NCBI RefSeq assembly: GCF_009834535.1
Contig: NC_045696.1
Span: forward strand, 56,174,001-56,238,000
Source: Camelus ferus
Taxonomy: Eukaryota
DNA length: 64,000 nucleotides
Direction of reading: 5' to 3'
This document shows, one piece after another, positions 13,319 to 27,160 of the stretch. The notes under the pieces are model-generated. The model was not told the DNA's origin and did no database searches. It saw only the letters and a program-made list of their open reading frames with translations. Position 1 is the stretch's first letter; each line of letters opens with the position of its first letter. The position numbers were made by a program, and so were the translations under genes.

Positions 13319-15158
13319 ATGTTTACAGTGACTAACAAAAAGATCCTGAAATCAGCAAAATTTCTGCAGACAGATACAGGAAAAGAAAACCATTTGGCAC
13401 ATTTTATGTTAAAAAGTGGTTAGAAAATAGGGATTCCTTAGTTAGGGATCAATACAGATCTGCTAAGAGGTAAATAAATTTGGAAGGCAGATTCAACAGA
13501 GGTATTTACTATATCCCTCTCTTTTCCAAGGGAATTTTGCCAATTCAAAAAAATATGATATATCTAGCCTCATAACCTTTTTCATGAAACTGTATTTTTT
13601 GTTTTATAGTTATTTGTGTATCCTTTTTTCTCCTTATTAGAGGCAAATGAAGTATTTTATCAGGCTTCATATTATTCGGCAATCACTTTGCATTTATTTG
13701 AATTAAAGAGCTGGAACAAAAGCTTGTCTAACCACCGTGCACCTCTTAGTGAATGCTCCCAACTTACCATTTTTTAAGGCAGTGTTAAGATCTTCTTTTA
13801 CTTTACAGTTTCAACAATGTTTCTCATATATTAAGTTCATCTTACAGACCAACAATGCAGGAAATAAGTACAATTTTACAAACAGGGAAGTCAAGTAGAA
13901 ACTGGATCAGTAACTTGCCCAGAAAGCACTTAACTAAGTAGCAAGATTGAGTGTCAAAACTAGGTCTTCAGGAATACATCTAGGGTTTCTCCTGCTTCAT
14001 AAATGGGCCAGTTCTCTATACTGACAATAATGAGAGTCACAGTGTAGGTAGAAAAGAATCCATCATCATTCTAAAGTAAGAAGCTCAAAGATTATTTTAG
14101 ATTTAGGAAGTTCAAAGGGACATACTATTGTGCTGGTTATCTTAAACAAGATCTGCTAATCAAAAAAACAGAATAAAGTACTAAAGTAAAAGTAAACTTC
14201 AAATTTACTAAAGTAAATTTTACTTTACTGAAGTAAATTTATAGTAGAAAAACTATGTCTTTTAGTTCCTACTATCACTGATTGAGCCACAACCTCAACC
14301 AAGTTTTGTTAAGCCCAAATAAAATTATACTGGAATTAGATTTTTAAATTCCCGGCACTGTATTCAATAGGAATACTGGACTCCTTGCCAAAATCATCTA
14401 GCTACCAAAGTCCTGCTTTGGTACCTATTTCATTACTATAAAGTTTAAAATCGTAAAACTTCAATACACAAATAAAAACACTGAGTCAATGCCACTTTAC
14501 TGTCTAGAATTATTTGTATTAAAGGTAAAGTGCAAAATATTATATTTAGATATCTGAACTTTTAAACTTAACTCAGTTAATTTTCTCAATGTCAATAGTT
14601 AAACAAATAATGTGCTTCTAATAATCTACCACACCTTTAGTCACAATTATGTTGGATAAATCCTAGTTACTCTGCTGTTAAGTTCTGACAAATAAACAGG
14701 ATGACACTGATATCAGGTACCAAAAATTAAATAACATCTTAATAGAGTCCGCCCAAACTTAAAATTATCAAAAGTTTAAACTTCAGCTACAGACACACTA
14801 TTATCTATAAATGCAATAAAACAATGAATTTGATCATATTTATACCCATATTTTATAATTTTATATGATATGCTTGCTCCTATTTTAGTCCATGGCTCAA
14901 TAAGGGTTATAAGAAATAAAAGGTGCTGTGGTGAGCAAAATTAAGATCTGTAACTGTCTGAAAAAATTCATTTGTCAGAAAGATGACAAGTATTTTTAAT
15001 ACCTGAGTCATGAAAGTTTAAAAGGTGAAAGCTTCACACACTTAAAAACTATAAAAAAATTTAATGAAGCTCTAGCAATACCTACTTTGTAGCTTTTCCC
15101 TCTCAGTATGAGATGTAATAATATAGTTAAAACACACGCAAGCATTCTCCCTGGCTCA

Positions 15159-15350
<192 letters not shown>

Positions 15351-15689
15351 CTAAGATTAGGAACTAGTTTTTGAATACCCAAATTAGAGTAAATTCTCTA
15401 TATATTCATTTATTCAGATTTTTAAAGAAAAGATTCGTGTGTTCAATTTTAATTATACAAAATTAATTCAGAATATAACCATAATAGTAAAAATAAGTAT
15501 ACCACACTTTTTTACAAACAATTTCATGGCAAAAACACAACCATTTCAATGCTTAAAATTCCTAATTGTATTTAAACTATTATTTTGGTTATATGATTTT
15601 AGAGGATATCATCTGTCACAAAGTTTCATATTTTTTAGTTTGAGAAACATCACCATCAGGAAAAGGAGTCATGGTAGTAGAATAAGTAT

Positions 15690-15850
15690 AGAATAGGGAG
15701 CTAAGAAATATGCATTTCTAGTTCTAGCTCTGCTGCTACCTGATGTATGTAAATCACTTAATCTCTCCAGGCTTCAGTTTCTTCAACTATTACATGATAA
15801 GTTAGACTTCAAAATCTCTTTAACCTCTACAAAAAGATTCTATGGTTATC
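15690..15850 (+). mobile_element. MIR SINE fragment
   Basis: tctagttctagctctgc...aaatcacttaatctctccaggcttcagtttcttca matches the MIR core. Confidence 0.65.
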
Positions 15851-16429
15851 TGATAGTACATAATTAATAAGACAACCACTTGTCTCCTACAATTAACTGG
15901 AAAAAAAAAGTAACTTATAAGGCAGCGAGTTACCATACTCACAAGTTTATTGCAGGTCATATGTTTAAACAGCCATTCTCAGCAGCATAAAGACACCAAT
16001 CCAAGATCAGTGGAAAGAAAGAAGGGAATTCCAACTAAGTACCAAGTAGGAAAAGAGAAACAGAGTGCTACCCTTACCCTTTTCATGTGAATCATTATCA
16101 GATAAGCAAATGGAAGCAGAAAATAAAGTTGAGAATCACTGTGTTCAAGTCTAGAACTGGCTACTTGCTGAGCGGGAAAATCTGCAGGTAAACTTTCACA
16201 ATTTTCCCACTTTGAAATCATCTTACCTACCAAACTGAAGTGAATTTCATTTTTCAGCATTTACTGAGCATTTTCTAAATGTCATTAGTCACTGCAGAGG
16301 GAGTAAGGGTGCAAGTAAGAGATGTCATCTACATTGAGTATGAAAGGGGTATTTCAGGCAGAGAGAAAACTATATTCAAGATGGGGGGGGGGGTCAAAGA
16401 ACACAGCAGAGCTCAGGAAACACTTTAGT

Positions 16430-18642
16430 GAGACAGCATGCCATTGACCCTACTACCTTTTCACTTTCCCTCACTCCTTCATGTTCTCCTCTCTTCCCTC
16501 CATAACTAGTTTAAATTCTATGGTCTATCATTGCCCTCACTCTCTAACACGGGGGTCAGTAAATAACAGCAAAGGCCTGATGCCTATTTTTACAAATAAA
16601 GTTTTACAGGAACACAGAGATGCTCATTTACTTAAGTACTGTCTATTGCTGCTTTGGGGCTACAGTAACAGCAGAGTTGAATAGTTTTGACAGAAAGCAC
16701 ATAGCCTGCAAAACCATAAACATTCACTATCTGGCCTTTAATGAAAAAGTTTGCTAAGGCTACTCCAGTATATACTCTTCTCTTACATCATACTTGTTTG
16801 ATAAACCACAACCCTGGTTAGATCCAGCTTTCCACCCATTCCATATCTGTACCCAAAGAGCTGAACCTGGCTGCAAAGAAACCTAAAATTGTGCTGATTG
16901 ATTTCACATTAAATTCATCAACAAGAAATTCAATCGGCCCTGCAATCATGCTGCATTTGTCTAGTCCATTCACTTTTCCAAATTACTTGATTTCTTCTCT
17001 CTTTGTCTTCAACTTCTAACACCTCTTCTCCTACCCTCACCCTCAGCTGATGTCTCTCCTTGCACCACATGTACCCATTTACCAGCATCTATCCCCACAT
17101 GTTCTTCCTTCACTACACTAACCAGAGATAAGCTGACCAAGCTCGTTCCTAAGGCAAACTCTGCCACATGTTTAAAAACAAAACAAAACAAACTATTCTG
17201 CTTTTCCTATTCACTCATTGCTTCAGTAATTTTCCTGTCTTCCTCCATCAACTATTTTCTCTGTGACAGCATTACAATCAGTACACAAAGTTGTTATTTC
17301 TTCCATTGTTGGAAAAAGAAAAACAAAAACCCAAACCTCTGACTGCACTAATCACTGCATTTTCTGGCCCCCTTTAACAGCAAAATTCTTCAAAAGAGGT
17401 ATCTAAACTGACTTCCACCAATACCTGTCTCTTCTCATTCCCTCTAAAACCCACTCCAATATAATTTCATCACCATTACTCCAGCAGAATTATTCATCAA
17501 GATCAATAATCTCCTTGTTGCTGTATCTAATGCTGATTTTCAGGTATCATCTTACCCCTCCCTTCTACTTGACTTAGCACTACCATCAGACATACTTGAT
17601 CATGTTCCATTCTTTGAAACACTCACTTCACTTGGGTTTTAGAATACTACACCCTTTGGGTTTTCATCCTACCTTAAAAACAGCTCTTCTGGCTCTCCAT
17701 TTCTGGTTCCTTCTATTCTCCTTTAACTCCTAAGGAATGGAGGATCCTGAGTCTCCGTCCTCAAATCTCTATTCTTTGTGTAAGCTTACTCTTCTACTCT
17801 TATGGCTCAATACTACTATACACTGATGACTCTCAAATTCTTATAGATCCTGGACCTCTGCCTTTAAGTCCAGACTAGTATATCCAATTGCGTACTTAAC
17901 ACCGTCAGGCTGAAAACCTTAGAAAAATCATTAATTCCCTATTCTCCTCTTTCTATCACACATACACTTCTTACCATCTGCACTGCTATAACCCTGGTCT
18001 GAGCCACTATTACCTCTCACCTAGATTATTGCACTAACCTCCTAAATGGTCTCCCTGCTTCCACCTTTAGCCCTTTACAATCTAACATCAACAAAATATA
18101 AGGTGGAGTATATCTCTTCCACTCCATCTCATTAAGATTTATTCTTATAAATGGTCTACAGGGTCCTATTCACACACTTCCTTATTTCCCTGACCTCTAC
18201 TCCACTGCTCACTCATTTCTAGAGACAAGAGCTTCCTGCTGTTTCTTGAACACATCTGGCAGGTCTTCACATTCAGGGCTTCTGAACTGATCAGTACTTT
18301 GGCCTGGAATGTTCCCCACCCAAATATATACATAGCTCACTTGCCCAAACTCCTTCAAACCTTTGCTTAAGTGCTACCTCTTAGGGCGGCTTTCCCTATT
18401 CCCCCCATTTAAAACTGCAATTGATTCCTCCACCCTACATTGCCATCTACCTTTCTCATTATATTCTTCCCCATGATACTTAGCACTTTCTAACCATATA
18501 GTTTACTTTTTATTGTCTGCTTCCCCAACTAGACTAAGCTCCATGAAGGAAAAGATTTTTGTCTGTTTTGTTCTTTACTGTATCCTCACCTGAATAGTGC
18601 TTAGTACACAGTATGTATTTCATAAATATTTGCTGAATAAAT
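16430..18642 (+). mobile_element. L2 LINE 3' portion
   Basis: CT-rich L2 ORF2 remnant ending in a typical tail (gtgcttagtacacagtatgtatttcataaatatttgctgaataaa). Confidence 0.8.
16550..16762. mobile_element. MER58A-like hAT MITE inserted in the L2
   Basis: cgggggtcagtaaa...aaataaagttttacaggaacacag...actatctggcctttaatgaaaaagtttgct. Confidence 0.8.
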
Positions 18643-18649
18643 TAAGCTC

Positions 18650-19750
18650 GGAGGCAATGGATATTATTTAAAAATTCAGATGACAGTCTGCCAGATTTTA
18701 ACTAAACAGCACTATGAAAAATGGGCATGCAGAGGGGGGCAATTGGGAGGATGAGAATGAAAGTAGTGGGAGTAGTTGGAAACCTCCTACAAAAATCCAA
18801 GGCCTAGGCAATAAGGACTTAAAAACCAAGGGAAGTGGGGAGCAAGTATATTGGCTAGTTAAACAAGAGAGTAATAGACAACCTGAGAAACAAACAAGTT
18901 TGGATTTAACAATCTCTTAACTTGGGCAACTAGGCAGGTAATGAGGCACGGAAAGCACTAAGGAGCAAAAAGGTGTGAGGAAAAAAACGTAGCTGAACTT
19001 TTACTTAACGCATCTCAGAACCTTTTAGGTGGCTATGTCCCACAGGTGGTTGGAAATACATAGGTGGCTGGTCAAGTCAAACTCAGAAAACAACAGTGGA
19101 GTATAGCTAGAGATTTAGGCAATATAGCCGAAATTCTGAGAAGAGAAACACTCACCTAAGAAGAGTATATACAGTAAGAGAATGAGGAAAGGACTGAGCA
19201 TAAAATCTTCAAAACGTAAGAAGCAGGTGACATTAGGAAACAACTTAGTAATGACTACGGAAGAGAACTAAGAGGCATAAAAGATCAAGGAAAGAGATTC
19301 AAAGCCGAATTTCAATAATGATGAGATGTGGAACAGCAAAGCATTTCAATGTCAGGAAGGATAGGACTGAAAAGGTTGTTGGATCTGGTATACTGTGGTT
19401 CAGTGATGGCACTGAAAAGAGTAGTTTCAGACCACAGTGCCAGTAGCAAACAACCAGTACTGAGTTCATGAATGAGCAGAAGGCAGGTGAGGAATAAGAG
19501 GCATTTAATTTAGTTTGTTCTTAAAAAATCCCTAGTGGTGAAAGTAAGGAAAGAGTTGGAAGTTGGTAACTTGAGGGTAAGGAAAGTCAAAGAAAAATGT
19601 TGATGTGCTTTTTGTTTGTATTTTTTAAGGGCTAAAAGACCCAACTTTATTTGTAGACTGAGTGGATAAAGACAGAATAAAATCATAAGAAATGAAAGAA
19701 AAGGGATAACTGATGAAACAAGATTCTAGAACATCATAAGAAGAGGAAAA
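18650..19750 (-). mobile_element. Antisense L2 remnant (probably continues 16255-16430)
   Basis: GA-rich, heavily diverged L2-like sequence. Confidence 0.5.
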
Positions 19751-19784
19751 CAAGAACACAGAGAAGCCGTATCATGTAGTAATT

Positions 19785-19985
19785 AAGAGGCAAGGTTAGC
19801 ATGAGTCAATAAAGTCCCAACTTTGCTACTACAAGTTATGTGACCACAAGCAAATTACTTAACCTCTCTAAGTCTCAGATTCCTGTAAAATAGTGCTACT
19901 TTAAAAGACTGCCATGAAGATTATAAAGAGATAATCTATATGAAGCATATTACATGGCATATAATAGACTCAATTTTAACTATTA
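19785..19985 (+). mobile_element. MIR SINE
   Basis: tgtgaccacaagcaaattacttaacctctctaagtctcagattcctgtaaaat core. Confidence 0.75.
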
Positions 19986-20329
19986 TCTTTAAAAAGAAAT
20001 GATACCACATTTTTTTCCCTGTACATCTAAAATAAATGATTAGGTGTTAGGGAGAATTTTTAAGTGAAATGAATGTATGTCTGATTATCCTATTCCTTGT
20101 AAAAGAAGAGGTAAGGTTATACGTAAAACTGACGGTAGTAAAAGTAATCCTGAAGGCTAAGAGAAGAAATTTTCAGGGATCAAGATTTAGACTAGAATTG
20201 GTTCCAAGTGAAGGTGAGGTCCAACAAAGGGAATAAACATAGAGAATGATGAACTGGTGTCAAAAGGATTGCTGTATCAAGTAGAATCTAAGTAATGGTA
20301 ACTTGGGTTTTAGAAAAGTCATTAATACA

Positions 20330-21200
20330 GACATTAAAGTTATCCTCTTTTAACTACTGTTTGACTACAAGGTTTCTTGATTTTAATTAATCACTTGACA
20401 AAGTTAATCATGATATATTTATGAACAACTTGGAGATGTATATGGCAATTTGATTCAGTTGCTAAATAATCATACCAAAGTGAAGAGTAAGAAGATTAAA
20501 AAATGAATGCCACATTCAAGGGAGATTCCTTCTTGTAGGGCTACAAACTGTCCTCCCCGTGTCCTTTCAAATTTTCGTAAATGACTTCATTTATTAGGGG
20601 TTGCAAATGCCTTCAATGGCTGAACAATAAATGTCAATGTGTGAAGCCAAAATGTGTAATGCAGCAAGAGGAGGTGGTTGGTAAATCAGATAGTAATAGA
20701 TTTAACTAAAAGGACTCCAATTTTCTAAAAAACAGCAACAATGTGCTAGACAAATAACACATATCAGGGTATGGATTTGGCAGTCAGCTTACAATTTTCT
20801 GCTTCAACACAACCACCTAATATTGATGCAAACCTAGAAGAATAGCTTAAAATGTAAGCCAAACCCACAATGTAAAATTTAACAAAGATAAATATAAAAC
20901 TCAATGATTAAAGTCAAAGTATCAATTTATCATGCAGAATGACAGATAAGACTTGATAGTAATACATCTGGAAAATAAATGATAGGTGTAACCGAACAGA
21001 GCTCAAAAGGAATCAACACTGAGATGCAGCTAATGAAAAAACTTGATGCAGTATTAGGTTACAGTAGAAGTATTGTGTTCAGATGAAGAAAGATAATTCT
21101 ACTCTACTTTGTACAGTTCAGGCTTCATATCACTGTACTAATGATATCCATTTTTAGGCAGTGTATTTTATTCATAATATTAACATAGCAGAATACATCA
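20330..21200 (+). mobile_element. CR1/L3 LINE remnant
   Basis: aaaatttaacaaagataaatataaa...gatgcagtattaggttacag...ttctactctactttgtacagttcagg resembles the CR1 RT 3' region. Confidence 0.55.
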
Positions 21201-24200
21201 AAAAAAGTTAATGAAACCTCTGCTATAATAGGTCAAATGTTTGAACCAGTACTTCACAGTTTAACGTAAGCCTATCTTTTGCTCAAATAAATTTTATTTA
21301 TTCATTCCATTAACTACCAAAAACTTGCCAATTTTCTTTAGAACCACAGAAGAGGCCTGTCCATTTTGTAGGTATATAAAACAAACATTTTGACATTTAA
21401 AAGCTGTCATTTTGTCTGTCTTCATCTTCTAAGACGCTGCTAGTGTCTCATTACACTCAAAGGCACTGTGAACTACCTTTTACTTCATGGCTCTGTGCTT
21501 ATATTCAAATCAAATCCACCTTATAAAAAAAGTAACTGAGTCCTAAGACCTAAAACCAAAACAAACACAATCAGTAATACTACCATCAATACTGATCTGA
21601 AATAAATGGGCTCAACAATATCATATTCTTTTAATGCTCTTGTTAAACCTATAGATGTTCTGCTGTAAATTAAACAGTCACAGGAATAATCCCTGAGGGG
21701 AGAGTGCCCATTCCCAGGAAGTCACATCACATAATATTTTCATGTTCCTAAAGTAGTCTTGTTTGGAGGTTTGTGCAAAAGGTAATTCATGAGAATGGGG
21801 ATGCTAATATTCAGAGAAGAAAGAAGGACCAGAATTCAGCATTCCTATCATATGCAATTTTCTGGAAAATCTTAGGTCTGCTGTTTTCTTAATGGCGCCC
21901 ATCTTTTGGATTATTGTACACAATGCCTGAATATTCACAAATTAGTACTAAGTTTTAAAAGTCAAGTACAAAAATACAACATATGAAGAGTATCATTTAG
22001 ATGGAAATACTGAAAACAGCCTACTAACATAATGAAAAAAGTACTAATTTCTAAGAACAGTTACTAGGCTTTCAAATTACATGATGTACAATTCCAGGGG
22101 TGTTTCTCTCAATGATTCAGCTTTCCTATCATTTTTATTAATAAACAATTCTCTAACTGCTGAAAATCACTCCTCTATGAACTCCACTCTAAAACCGTTC
22201 ATTCAGTTGACAAATTCAAATGACAAAATTTTGATCACACCTAACAAAAATTCAACAAGAGCTGAGATAACTCCATCCACTGGAAAATAGATACTATTTA
22301 CTATAATGCTTTTACCCCCAGATAATTTTTTATGTCAAGGAACAAAATTGTTTGAAGCTTCAGTTTTAAATAGAATCATGCTATCATTTAAAAAATTTGA
22401 TGGAATGCAAAGCAGCATATCAGAGAGCCTGGTAATAAGACATTAAACAAAGTGGCATGGTAGCCCAGAATTCTCCTTAGAATTGGGTTTAGGGAACTTG
22501 CACTAGCAAAGAAAACCTTCAAAGTGGATGCCTTTTGCTCTGATGAATGTGCCAGGCTGGCTAAAGATGGGAATAATCCTAACAGTAAAATGGGTGTGGA
22601 CTAGGAAAAAGAGAAATATTCTTTTGCTTGGAGACAGGGGGAGGGAATGGGGTAAGAGAGATGAGCATCTAGCACACAACAGTGATTATAGCAGGCTTCA
22701 TCCTTATCCCACATCTTCAAAAAAAAATAAATGCCCAAATTACATAAAGTTTTAAAAAATTATAAGTATACCAGAAGAAAACACGTGTGTTTGCAAATAT
22801 TGGAGGACAAAATATTTATAAGCTATTAAGCAAAATAGCTTAATAGATTTTGAATATTTAATAAGCTTATAAACAGTTATTCATACATCTATGTAAAGCA
22901 TGTACATATGGAATAAGGTACATAGTAATGAAGTTAAAAGTCAGGATTGTGAGTGAAAATTTTTTTCTTCTTTAAGAATTTCCTAAAAAGAAGCAGTAGA
23001 GGCTCAGAGAAAACAGGTACCAAGAAAGAGAATGAGGAAGGCTCGGGAAAGATGGAAAGCCACACAAAAGTTTAGAAAGTATCAAATATTCAAAGAGGAT
23101 GAGTAGAAACCCAGTAAGTGAGAGGTACAGAAATCCAGAGAAAGAAGTTTAGATATCTACAGAGGAAGTAACCAACAGAGAGAAAAAGAGAGACAGACAT
23201 AACACCAAAGTTAAAGAGGAAAAATAAACCTGACGGGATGACAGAGACCAAGAGAGTGGGAAAGAAACCTAGAGATAGAGAGATAGAGACCTAGAGCCCA
23301 GAGTGAAAGGGGAAGAAATCCAGAAAGTGAACAGAGACTAAAGGAAAAGGAGAGAAAAGGCTTAGAAGAAGAGACTGACAGAAAATGACAGAGAGAAAGA
23401 GAATCAGAGATGATGGAGATTGAGAGAATTATAAAATATTCCTATTTACATTTAAACTCATCCATGGCACCTAACCAAGAATTTCATCCCTATAATCCTA
23501 AAACACTGAATTCTTCTCCTCATCCTTACAATGCCCTCAACACTTTCCAATTGCCTCCTCACATCTCCTCAGGCTCATGTTCTTACCACTGATCTCTTGC
23601 TCAGAGCTTCCCCTGAGCTCTGTGAAACCCCAGAAGAAACTCTTCATGGAGTTTACAACCCCAGTCTCTTCAGAGGCTTCTTTTTACTGCCCTACCAAAG
23701 GCAAAACCTGGATCACAACCAAAGGCACTGGTTTCCTTGGACTTCTCTCAAATGAAGACTCCTCTCAACTCTCAACATACTCTAGGACCAGAAAGCGATA
23801 CTGGCAAACTGCTGGCTCTCTGCTGTCCTGGCCTCAAATAATATCACCTCTCCCTCATTTTTGAACTCCTAAGAGCTCTACCACATGACTACATACCATA
23901 TCTACCCAACCATTTTAATGTCATCTCTCCACTCAGTGTCCCACCACCACCACCTATTAAGTCACTTGTGTATCTGTCTACTGAGCATCTCCATTTGTAT
24001 GTCCTTGAGGCATTTCAAACTACTAATTATTTCCTTCCCCCAAACCCTTCTAATATATACACATAAGCAATATATAGTGGTTCTGTTAGAAAAATGCCAA
24101 CCTAATATAGGTCACATTCAGAGAGAAATCATCTATAAGGATTTTTAAGAATTCCGTAAGACATTTAGATCCCTTTCTAAACATCAGCTCTAAGTTCACT

Positions 24201-25727
24201 ACTAAGTAACCTACTCTTGGAAAGTTAGAACTGACAACAAGACACCTGAGCTCTCAAACGTAGAACAGAATCCATCTTCTCACATGGGATGTATTAGTTT
24301 ACTACCTGGTCTCTTGTGTGGTACGTTTACCTCTGCCAGAACAACTCAGAAAGCGAGGAAGTGGAGATCATGAGGAAGGCTAGAAGAAATTATCTTTTTG
24401 GTAGCTGAAAGATTATGGGAGTTCTTAAACCTATGTATTTCTGCATATCTTTAGAAAAGCTTCCTTTTTGACAAGGGAGGATCATTATTTTGAGCAACGT
24501 ACCACAACTTTTCTTCCTTTCTTTCTGTTTTTTTTTTTTTTTTTAATGGAGCTGTCCAATATAAGATGGGTCTTTTTTTCCACTTTGGAAAACTTACAAC
24601 ACTTACGAGAAAGTTCTGAGATAAATGAAATATTAGTATATTTACTTCTTTTTTATAATAGAGAGGTGTACAGTTCTTCTGGTTAACTTCTCTTAATGAC
24701 TTCTCAATTGCTCTTTATCCATAAGACCATTTAAGATAAATAAGCAGCTCTGAACTGCAGCAGGGAAGAAAATCATCCTCCGGGGTATACAGGTAACAGT
24801 CAGTCCATTGTCACTCCTGAGGCAGGATTAAGTGAGAGGGCAGACTCTGACAGGGGCTTCCACCAAACCAAAACCTGACAGGTAAGCCTTTAGGTGCCAA
24901 CACAAATAGAGCTTGACATTCAAAAGTTTTGTTCTTTCCCTTGTGCTCTTTATCTTCATAAGAGTTAAATGAGTTGACATTTGTAAGGCACTGAAACAGT
25001 GCCTGGCATATAAGAAAAGCTATATAAATTAAGTAATCAAGAGAAGATGTTTAAGGGCTTTGTAAGGAGGCCTTTGCAAATGAATCAACATTCAATTCAC
25101 TGGTTCATGGAACAAATAATTCTGACCTTTACTTTCCTCCCTAGGGTATTATAATGTCTAGCATCTAGTAACAAAAAGCCATAGGGATGCAAAATTCCAT
25201 TATAAGAGAGCTGTAAACATAACAGATGCTCCATAATTTTATTTGGAAAGGAGAAGGAAAAAGTTCTTAAAGACATGTCAAAAGAGATAGGATCAACGAC
25301 ATAACAGGCAGTTTTAACAGCTAGGTTAAAAAAAAATAGCATGAACCAAGTAATGAGCTTTAGAAACAAGAGTTCAAATACTTATGAAGGTTTACAGTTC
25401 CTAATACAAGTAGAGGCATCATTTAAATGTTTAAAAAAAAAAGTACCTAAGAAGTAAGAGTCACTAAAGGGCCAATTTGCTAATTATGGTTATTAAAACA
25501 TTAGCTATGACACAAACACACATATACACAACAATTATATATATATATATATATCTGTAGGCATTACTTTCCTACATTACAGGCTCTGTCATGAAAAATA
25601 ATTTCTAAGGAAATAATCATAACATTTAATGGCAAATGATTAAACAGTGGTACTCTGGGAAATATGTAAAGTAAAAAGAACTCGGCTAGAAATCAAGAGA
25701 TATTATAGATCTAAGGGCTCTGGGACA

Positions 25728-25802
25728 GTATGTATATATATATATGTGTGTGTGTGTATATATATGTATGTATGTGTATATATCTATATCTATATCTGTA
25801 TC
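25728..25802. repeat. (TA/TG)n compound microsatellite
   Basis: Directly visible. Confidence 0.9.
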
Positions 25803-26657
25803 TCTGAGGTCCAGAATATCAAATGAACTTACCCAAAGTGGCATTTATTTAGCCAAAAACAATGAAGTGTTTGTTATTTGCCACCCCAACCCCTTCACCC
25901 CTTACTCCAAACCAGTGAAAGAAAAATGTAAAGAAAAGACTGAATCTGGGATGGGACAGTGAACAAGCAGAAAGAAAAAGACCACAGTAAAACAGAAGAA
26001 ACTGATTTTCTATGCCTTCAACTCCAGTGAGTACAATGACATTAGTTACTGCATCTCCTAAAGAGAAAGACCAAGAAGGCAGGGGCAGAGGGCTGCTGGA
26101 GATTGAAAGTATTAATCTTCTTTAATTATCCTTTGCTTTCACAGAATTAAATGTGATCATAAACAGTGACCACTTATAAGAAGCTCTTTAATACTGTACC
26201 TTTTCCAACTTTTTCCCTAGGCAAGGATAGGTTAAACTTGCCTCCCAATGTTTAGCCTACCAAAGTCCCCTCCCCCTACAAGACCTCCGCTTAACAAAAT
26301 GACATCATTTTCCTGCTTCCAACAAACAGGTGAACTATCATGGGGCTCCAGGAGCACGTAAGTAACACAAAAGGTTTTAAAAACTATGTAAGTTTGCTTT
26401 AGAACTGACAACCAGTATTCAAAAAAAAAAAAAAGGAAATTCTTGAAAATTAATTCCCTTTATCATTTCATTAACATTTTCCTGATATAACTAATGATTT
26501 TCAATAATCAAACCTTAAGGTCAGAATCACTAGCGCATGTGTTTTGGAAATATTCCATTCAATTACCCAAACTGTTTGAGGGTGGGGGGGATGGACTGTT
26601 TCTAGAAGAATAAGAAGTCTAACACAATATTCCATATACACTTTCTTTAAGACCTAC

Positions 26658-26741
26658 CTTTTCACCACTTGAGTAGAAGAAATAACGCAACCGGACTATG
26701 TTACAGTGATCTAGCTTTCTCATGATTTGGAGCTCTCGGTT
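26658..26741 (-). CDS. GSK3B: GSK3B exon 3 (84 nt): [28 protein letters not shown]
   Basis: Acceptor tttcag|AAC, donor AAG|gtaggt; alphaC Glu and R96; translated by hand. Confidence 0.98.
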
Positions 26742-26877
26742 CTGAAAAGGAAACACATGAAAATATTTTTTAAATGATAACTGCTATTCATCATATTGAC
26801 TAATATGCTTCTGAAATAACGTGAAACACTACAAAGAGCAGGCTATAGATATACTACTAAAAAGTATCACCTGTAGA

Positions 26878-27160
26878 CCAGTGCTGACCTGTTACTAGCC
26901 TATGAACTATTTATTACTGCTCTGCAGTAAGGTAAATACAGAAATGGAGAAGTGGTGTTCAGAATCTTTTATTACAATCTGACAGAATAACTTTCTAACT
27001 ATGAATCTTATAGTTAAAAGTAGGGTCTATATTTTGTATTCTCCTAAATTTCACTTTTCTTGTAATTCATTTTTATTGCATTTTACAAAAATATCAGCCT
27101 TCAATGAATTGGAAAATTTTAAAACTGATACTTTACTACAAATAGCTGGAGAAGCACTGG
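26878..27160. mobile_element. hAT-type MITE-like element
   Basis: CAGTGCT...AGCACTG termini inside a perfect 12-bp inverted repeat (26874-26885 / 27153-27164). Confidence 0.55.
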
